A DNA stretch of 64,000 nucleotides from the NCBI RefSeq assembly GCF_009914755.1, contig NC_060934.1; one strand, given 5' to 3'. Positions 53,560-64,000 of the stretch are shown in pieces (position 1 is the stretch's first letter; each line of letters begins with the position of its first letter). The notes beneath the pieces were generated by a model. The model had not been told where the DNA came from, did no database searches, and saw nothing but the letters and a program-made list of their open reading frames with translations. This DNA is from the human T2T-CHM13v2.0 reference genome, Homo sapiens. Made by a program: the position numbers and the translations under genes.

Positions 53560-54300
53560 ACGCAGAACGGGAAACAGAGTCCGTATGTCGGGCGGGCGAC
53601 TGCACCCGCCCTTTCCTACCCAGGTAGGGCCGCGCCCTAGCACATGGGCGTAAACACGCTCAACCAGAGAACTGCCCCTCCCGCAAGGCTCAGCGCTCGG
53701 ACCGCGCAAGCGCACATGCCCTCCTCCGCGGCCCCTACAAACAGGGCAACGCACAGGGCGTAGCCCGCTCCCTACAGAGGCTGCGCCTTAGAGGAACTGG
53801 CGTAGCGTCCTGGTAGACATGCTGCAGCCCCGCCGTCCCCGGCTTCTCCGTGAGGTCCCCGGGACTCCTCGCCACCACCTGGCACTGGCCCCCGGCTGCC
53901 TGCTCCTGGAGTCGCGCGGGGCCCCCTCTCCGTCCCTGCCCAACCCGCGGAGGCTTACCTCACTCTCTCTTCGGGTTGCATTCGCCATAAGAGAGCCGGT
54001 AGACCCCTGAAATCCCGGGACCGCCTCCCACGCAAAACGTGAGACAAACAAAAGGAAAGGCGGAAACGCAGAAACGCAGAGGTAGCCAGTGGATGAGGCA
54101 TGCGCAGAGCCCACGCTCAAAGCCTGGCGCTGTTGGCGCCCAACCTGGAAACTACCTTTCCCGTGAGGACGCGAGAGCAGCCCTTCGGGATTGGCAGAGA
54201 GGTGCCCCGCTAGGCAGTGGACAGATGCGGTCTGAGTTGGTGTGGGAACTGCCCGCAGCCCTGGCTCTCCCGGGGCGACCCAAAGGGATGCACTGCAGGG
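53560..54300. promoter_or_regulatory. CpG-island promoter of ZNF33B with ZNF143/THAP11-like (ACTACCTTTCCCGTGAG, 54151-54167), NRF1-like (GGCATGCGCA, 54097-54106), ETS-like (GGCGGAAA, 54059-54066) and YY1-like (CGCCAT, 53983-53988) motifs
   Basis: Abrupt rise in GC and CpG content relative to AT-rich flanks; motifs read directly, binding inferred. Confidence 0.8.
53959..54060 (-). other. ZNF33B: ZNF33B exon 1 (5' UTR; 5' end approximate)
   Basis: Strong donor GAG|GTAAGC at 53959/53958 inside the CpG island; TSS position inferred, not visible in sequence. Confidence 0.75.
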
Positions 54301-55086
54301 GAGGTCTGTGTGCAGCAAGTGTGCAGGTTAGACACAGACGCCTCAAGGAAAGGACAGCTGTGTGTCAGTTTCACTTTAAATGTTAGGAAGTAGATCTCAT
54401 TGATACAGTTTAAAAGACTTTGACACTATCAGCGATTCTTTGAGAGCAGGGATGGGGGGGATGGGGGAGGTGCCACAGGAAAGCTACTTCATCAAAATCG
54501 TTAACGCAATAAACGGAAATTGAAAAGTCAGAAAATAGACATAATCCGAAAGAAGAAAATAAATGTCACATGATTTCCCCTGTGACATTAAAATTGCTTG
54601 ACTAAATGGAAATACATTTAGTCTATCTGTACCTTTCTTAGGAAGACAAAATTCCTAAAAGAATATCAACAAATTTTTTTATGTATTTTTTCTCTTTGAT
54701 CTTTAGTGTATTGTGTACTTTACAAAAGCATTGTCAACTTTATCCAGAGTAAGTAAAAAACTAAATGAACAGCCATTATACGTTTTAAAAAGCTTGAAAA
54801 AATGCCTGAGAAATATCTATATCTATCTATATATATAATATTGCTCTATTCAAAGTAGTTTGGCACCTGCTCCATGGAAATAAGACACCATGATTGAGAG
54901 TATTCTTTAATGTGTAGTAAATACAGCATTTCAAAACAGTGAGGGAAAGAATGGAGTATTCCAAAGAGCATGTCATTCCTAACAATTTGGAATATAGAGA
55001 TATATATAGATCACACGTGATAAAATTCACATGTATACAGTATTGAAACATTTAAACGAGTATAAATTTTTGAAAATTGACATGTG

Positions 55087-55855
<769 letters not shown>

Positions 55856-56212
55856 TTACATTTTTAAATTTATGCTTTATATACTGAAAAGTTCACTTTA
55901 TTTGTTGCATAATTTTATGAGTTTTGACAAACGCACAGATTTGTGTAACCACCACCACAAGCAAGATACAAAATTATTTCACCTGTCAATAAAATTCCTC
56001 CATGCTACCTTTTGAAAGTCAGATTCTCTAACCACTCTTAGCCTCTTGCAGCCACTATCTAGTCTTTGGGCCTGTATGTTTGCCTTTTTTAGAATATTAT
56101 ATAAATGGAATCATACAATATGCAGTCTTTGAATCTGGTATCTTTTACTTAACACAATGCAATTGAGATCCTTCCGTGTTGTTTTGTGTACCAATACTTC
56201 TGTTTTTCTTGC

Positions 56213-56663
56213 TGTTAGAAACAAGTGCCTGGTGCCGCAGAGAAAACCAGCACAAAGGCAGAAAATTCCTCAGCAAGAGAAATTTACTTCTGCAGAAGGG
56301 TGCAGGTTATGCCAGTCATGATCACAAGAGAACACCGAGAAGGGCAGGGCAGGGGTTTTTATCCCTGATGCAGTTCCTAGCACTTCTGTGTCCCTTCCCC
56401 ATTGGCTGGGATTAGACCTCACAATCAAAGCTAACTCGATTGGCTAAGGTTTAAAATTGACAGGGTCTATTAGGCGGGAAGGAAGGGGGACTGTCCATTA
56501 CTAAGCGGGAAGGCATATCCGGACTTGTCTGGGCATGGCAAAGGCGGGAAAGGTTGTTTACAGAACAGGTAGCTTGGAGACAAGGAAGTACAAGGAAGTT
56601 GGTCTTGAGCAACAAACAACAGGGAACTAAAGCTTTCTGAAGAGTAATTTGTCAACTCTGACA
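56213..56663 (-). mobile_element. ERV1 solo LTR, MER61-like (451 bp) with 4-bp TSD ttgc
   Basis: TG...CA ends; ttgc at 56209-56212 and 56664-56667; ATTGG (CCAAT) boxes and TTTTTAT; interrupts an old L1 fragment. Confidence 0.8.
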
Positions 56664-56855
56664 TTGCTGACTCCTATTTCTTGGTATGGATTTACCAGCT
56701 TCCTTGTCCATTCCCCAGTCCAGGGATATGCAAGTTGTTTCCAATTGGGAGAAATTGTAAATAAATAAAATATTTTTAAGTTTAAGATTTGAAAAGATTG
56801 TAAAAAACACTAATATACACCTATGGTATGGGCTTGGGGAAATGTTTATTCCCAG

Positions 56856-57349
56856 TGTATTAATCAGGATTCTCCAGAGAAACAGAACCAATAGGAGGGA
56901 GTAAGGGAGAAAGAGACATTGATGATAAGAAATTGGTTCACATGTCTATGGAGGCTAAGAAGTCCAACAATCTGTCATTTGCAAGCTGGAAATCCAAGAA
57001 TGCTGGTGGTGTAATTCTGGTATGAGTCCAAAGGCTTGAGAACCACGGAAGCCAATGGTGTAAATCCCAGTGCAAGGACAGGAAAGGATAAGATGAAATG
57101 TCCCAACTCAACAATGAGGCAGAAAATATGGGTGAATTCCTCCTCTCTGCCTTGTGTTCTATCCAGGCCCTTAGGGGATTGAATGATGTCCATACACATA
57201 CGGAGGGCAATCTGCTTTACTGAGTCTACTGATTCAAATGCTAATCTCATCTGTACACACCCTCACAGATGCACCCATAAGTAATGTTTAATCCAGACAC
57301 CCTGTGACCAAGTCAAGTTTACACATAAAATTAACCATTAACCATCACA
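56856..57349 (-). mobile_element. MLT2-type (ERVL) solo LTR
   Basis: tgtattaatcaggattctccagagaaacagaaccaatagg ... gtcaagtttacacataaaattaaccat...caca, typical MLT2 termini. Confidence 0.85.
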
Positions 57350-57356
57350 GCTATTC

Positions 57357-59780
<2,424 letters not shown>

Positions 59781-60462
59781 TTAATTAAACGTTAAAGGAC
59801 TTATAATATTATAATTCCACTTATATGACTTTGTAATAATAAATTATTGTTGATATATGTGCAAGTATATTTAAATCAATCAGAGTTCAAATGGTAACAG
59901 AGAGATCACTCAAGTATTACAACTGAGAGAATTTGATGAAGATTATTTAAAGCAGGTGTTTTAATGGTAAAAATGAACACTGAGCTAACACAGGATGACA
60001 ACATCAGGTAGCAGCTACCTGTCTAGGGCTGGGAAACAATGGAAAAGATTAAGGTTCTCGGAACCTAGAAACTCACAAGAGTGGCCCCAGAGAGCTAGAA
60101 TTAGACAAGACAGCGGAGGCAGGGGCAGTGCCAGGATCATGCTGGTACCTCAGGTATTCAGAGAAGAGCTTTGCAGAACTGGAATTCAGATGCTGTCCAG
60201 TTGCTAACTGAACTTTCAGGAAGGCATGTTGAAGCACATTGTGTTCACCTCTGAAAGTCGTTACTGTCCAGCTGGTGCTAGTAGCCAGAGTGGGATCAAT
60301 GTGGAGAGTTCTGGGAGAGCTAAAAGAAGCTGGAGGGTGATCAACATGTTCTGGAATTAGATAGTGGTGATGGTTGTGTAACTTTGTGACTATAATTATT
60401 GAATTACACACTTTTAAAGGAGTAAATTTTGTATGTAAATTGTATGCCAATGTTACAAATAC

Positions 60463-60544
60463 TTTTTTTTTTTTTTAGACGGAGTCTAGCTCTGTCACCA
60501 GGCTGGAGCACAGTGGCATGATCTCGACTCACTGCAACCTCCAC
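60463..60544 (-). mobile_element. Alu 3' fragment interrupted by the ERV insertion
   Basis: T-tail + agacggagtctagctctgtcaccaggctgg...ctcactgcaacctccac ends exactly at the LTR TG. Confidence 0.88.
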
Positions 60545-61063
60545 TGAAGAAGGAATTCATGAATTTTACAAGTATAATCAAAGACCACCAAGAAATTTTT
60601 ACTTTTTCCTTCAAAAGCTAAGTGTAGTGTAGCACCCCCTGCCCATAGTCTAAGTTACAGAAGAATACTAACTGCCTGTTTTTCTTTCTGTGTTGTGAGC
60701 CTTATCTGTTCTCACCAGTTTCACATTCCTTGAGGCTCAGTGAGTTCCTGCTGCACTTCCCTAGCACAGCTGCAAAGTTACAAGGTTGATATGCATATGT
60801 TACAGAAACATAGTTTCCCAAGGATGTGGAACATGTAGTATAGATAAATGTAAAAGACTGATCAACTGCCTTTGTTCTCGCTTGTGTAAGTAGACTTCAT
60901 GAATCACATAGCTCCCGGCCACTGACTGCTTAAAAGGTGGCTGCATTCTTTCTCCAGGGCTCAGACTTTCCTGGACGCTAGTCCTACTGAGCCAGGTGAT
61001 CCCCTTAATAAAGGCTTTCCTGAACTCTCTTCAGTCTCTCCCGTCTCTGATTGTCCCATAACA
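60545..61063 (+). mobile_element. 5' LTR (519 bp) of a class I gamma-like ERV (ERV3/HERV-E/HERV1 group; HERV1-like is tentative)
   Basis: TG...CA termini, TTAAAA TATA-like box 60930-60935, AATAAA 61007-61012, followed by PBS and gag. Confidence 0.88.
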
Positions 61064-61067
61064 TTTC

Positions 61068-61085
61068 TGGGGGCCTGTCTGGGAT
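61068..61085 (+). promoter_or_regulatory. Primer-binding site, tRNA-Pro type
   Basis: TGGGGGCCTGTCTGGGAT matches the tRNA-Pro PBS TGGGGGCTCGTCCGGGAT at 15/18, 4 nt after the LTR end. Confidence 0.8.
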
Positions 61086-61931
61086 TGGAGATGGCAGGTT
61101 TCTGTCTCCTTTGCCTGTGGGCTAAAGCCACAGGACGCGGGAGATTTGGGAACTTTGGTGCCACTGGGGAAGACTTAGCCCAGAAGGAGAACGGCTCCCA
61201 TGTATTGGAGCCTCGCCCTGACAGCGCAAACGGAACCGACTCAGGAGTTGCAGGACAGTCACAGGAGCAGTGCGCTGGCAGACTACTGAACCGCCATAAG
61301 GTTGGGCCCTGGAAAAGCCCATCCCATAAGGACAGAAGGGGAGCTTGATTACCTTCCCCGGAACGATCACTTATCCAACCCAGAGTGGCTGGGGGCAGCA
61401 GGAGTGGCCTGCCAATTTGGATGAATCTCGTGTCCCCACACAAGCAAAAGTGGTTCACTGGATCTGGAGACAGAAACTGGGAGTGTTTTGGTGTGTGTGA
61501 ACCTACTCGGGACATAAAGAAGGCTTCTTTCATCTGATCAGTCCTGGGGTAGGAGTGGTTTGTGTATGTGTGTGAATGTGGAAGCCTAACTAAGCTCACT
61601 CGGGACATGAGAGAGGCTTGTTTCATCCGATGAGGAGTCCTGGGGCAGGGGAGGTGTGTGAAAGTGTGTGAAAGAGGTGGTCTCGGAGAAGCCAACACGG
61701 GGAGTGATGTGGGGAGTTGCAGATCTTAGTGCAGACTGTGTCCCTCAAGGTGAGTGTGGGACAAGCCAGACCTAGGTCACTGCATAAGACCGACAAGATT
61801 CACTTCATGGTAGCTTCACAGCAGTAGTTGGCTGTGACCTGGCCAAGCAGCATCCAAACCTCCTGTAATAGGACCCTGTCTGGTGCATCCAAGAGTGAAA
61901 GTGAGAGTGAAAGTGTGCCACGAGGGAGGCA

Positions 61932-63683
61932 ATAGGAGGAAAAGTATTGAAGCCAACTCCATTAGAACATATGTTGAAGAACTTTAAGAAAGGCTCTGAT
62001 GGTGATTATGGAATGAAGTTAACACCGCAGAGGCTAAGAACACTTTGTGAAATTGACTGCCTCTCCTTCAACATAGGGAGGGCGGCCAAGGGAACCATAG
62101 ATAGGGAAATAATTGGCCGAGTATTTAGGGTGGTCACTGGGGTTGGAGAACAGCCTGGACAACCTGATCAGTTCCCATACATAGACTCCTAGCTGAGCGT
62201 GATTCAAACCCATCTGAAATGGCTACAGGCCTGTTTTGAAAATTATTGTAAGACTCTGGTGGCTCGTACAAAACAAGGAACCATAGAAAAGACCCACAAA
62301 GTGTAGGCCCAGGAGAAAGAACAGCAAGGAAAACAGGAAAAACCTGTCCTACAGGCCCCACTAGAAGAGCTAGAGACTCCATCCCCTTATGTTCCAATTT
62401 ATCCGCCTCTGGCAAGGCTTAGGCAGGAAGTCACTCCAGCAGCTGCCTGTGGAGGGTCAGACTCAGAGGAGAGTACCCTTCAAACTTCACCACATAGGGA
62501 AGAGCCAGGGTCACTGCCCGATAATTCAAAGGAGGAACTCCAGTATGACGGCCATCTCCAGTCAGGACACGCCCGAGCTTTGCAGATGCCATTCAGAGAA
62601 CCTAGGGGACAGATCTATTTAGATGCACAAAATGAGGTTCAAGGAGGAGAACGGCTTTATGTTTATCAGCCCTTCTCTACTACAGATATTTTCAACTGGA
62701 AACAGCATACTCCCTCCTATACAGAAAAACCCCAGGCTCTTATCGACCTGATGCAGTCCATCTTCTTAACTCACAACCCAACCTGGGCTGACTGCAAGCA
62801 GTTCCTTCTGTCACTGTTCAATACAGAAAAACACTGCAGAGTAATACAAGTGGCTTATCAGTGACTAGAAAGCAATGCTCCAGTAGGCACAGGAGATGTC
62901 AGAAAGTATGCTCAGCAGGCTTTGCCAATAGAAACTGACCCAGGCTGGGACCCAAATCAGGCCTAAGGGCTGCTGAACTTGCTGAGATACCAAGGGGCTC
63001 TGATACAAGGAATAAAAGCTGGAGGGAAAAAGGCAACAAACACTGGAAAGGTTTCAGAGGTCCATCAGAAACCAGATGAAAGTACCAGTGAGTTCTATGA
63101 GAAGCTTTGTGAGGCTTACCGGCTCTACACACCTTTTGACCCAGAAGTGGCAGGGAATCAGTGCATGGTTAATGCGGCATTTGTGAGTCAGGCACAAAAT
63201 GACATTAAGTGAAAGTTGCAGAAGCTGGAGGGGTTTGAAGTTATGAACATTTCCCAGCTTATCCAAGTGGCAACTAAAGTGTTTGTAAATCAAGATGAAG
63301 AAGCAAAGTGGGAGGCCAAGCATAGAGTGAAGGAAAAGGCAGAGTTCTTGGCTGCAGCCCTGATTGAAAGAGAGGCTGGATTTGCAAGAGGACATGGACA
63401 TGGTCGTGGATGCAGTCATGGTAAAGGACAAGCTAGGGCTAGGCCAGGTCAGGAGACCAGGACAGGTCAGGAAGGTTGGCCTAGACTAGAGAGAAATCAA
63501 TGTGCGAGATGCAAGCAAAGAGGGCATTGGAAAGATGAATGTCCAGAGAAAGAAAAGAATAAAGGCTACAAGCAGGGACAGAATGGCTGGACAAGGCCTC
63601 CTTCTGCTGCTGGGCAGGGCATAGTAGGATGCAATGTGGATCTAATTGGGCTGGCAGGAGTCAGTGACTACCTTGAAGACTGA
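61932..63683 (+). pseudogene. gag: ERV gag pseudogene (MA-p12-CA-NC): one reading frame, mutated start (ATA), 5 premature stops
   Basis: (M)GGKVLKPTPLEHMLKNFKKG matrix start; PSPY/YPPL late-domain-like motifs; YQPFSTTDIFNWK capsid; MHR QKPDESTSEFYEKL; CARCKQRGHWKDEC zinc knuckle. Stops at 62190, 62304, 62862, 62964, 63210. Confidence 0.93.
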
Positions 63684-64000
63684 GACAGACTGGGCTACAT
63701 CTCATTAGGCCCTGAGGAGCCCATGGTCTCAATGGTAGTAGGGGGCCGAAAAATAGACCTTATGGTAGACACAGGTGCTGAACACTCAGCTGTGACTCAA
63801 ACAATTAGGGTGTTATCAAAACTCTATGCTAATATTATTGGGGCCACAGGTATCACAGAAAAAACACCTTTTTTCACATCAAAGAGAGGTATAATTGGAA
63901 ACCAAGAAGTCCAACACAAGTTCTTATACTTGCCAAACTGCCCAGTGCCGTTGTTGGGAGAGACTTGTTGCAGAAGCTGCAGGCTCAAATCTCCTTCACA
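63684..64000 (+). pseudogene. pro: ERV protease (start of pro-pol), in frame after gag TGA; continues past window end
   Basis: MVDTGAEHS active site (GAC at 63768) in the gag frame; CPVPLLG/RDLLQKL motif broken by a 1-nt frameshift near 63959. Confidence 0.9.

Noticed and set aside
53482-54386. Several overlapping ORFs at the promoter
   Set aside because: Expected stop-codon scarcity in a CpG island; only the MANATRRESE segment has splice support
54562-54589. 9-bp inverted repeat aatgtcaca...tgtgacatt upstream of the promoter
   Set aside because: Short, could arise by chance, no TSD or family resemblance
60961-61698. 245-aa antisense ORF in the ERV LTR/leader
   Set aside because: Non-ATG start, no recognisable domain; the apparent peptide repeat reflects the leader DNA repeat
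61932-63212. Possible APOBEC3 hypermutation of gag
   Set aside because: Only ATG>ATA and one TGG>TAG fit the GG>AG context; other stops look like CpG or C>T decay, and it cannot be tested without the consensus

Overview
Primate (almost certainly human) genomic DNA, not microbial. The window holds one complete minus-strand KRAB C2H2 zinc-finger gene recognisable as ZNF33B (chr10q11.2). Exon 1 lies in a CpG island (~53959-54060). Exon 2 carries the start MNK (52405-52413), followed by the KRAB-A exon (47780-47924), the KRAB-B exon (47414-47509), a 37-kb repeat-filled intron and the finger exon (CDS 8146-10232, 16 C2H2 fingers). The spliced CDS is 9+145+96+2087=2337 nt, or 778 aa. The rest is interspersed repeats: about 45 Alus, old L1/L2 fragments, MaLR/ERVL/ERV1 solo LTRs, Tigger-type MITEs, a MER45-type hAT element with an 8-bp TSD, a processed U6 pseudogene, and the 5' part (LTR-PBS-gag-pro) of a class I ERV inserted into an Alu at 60545-64000. 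Nearly all short ORFs in the supplied track are repeat artefacts. I see no demonstrably new biological system. The best testable hypothesis is a 5'-end switch. The exon-1 ATG opens a 25-codon uORF whose stop overlaps the main start (ATGA) when exon 2 is included. The same ATG becomes an in-frame N-terminus when exon 2 is skipped, and exon 2 sits in the loop of an inverted Alu pair. Repeat subfamily names are from recall of consensus sequences and need RepeatMasker/Dfam confirmation.
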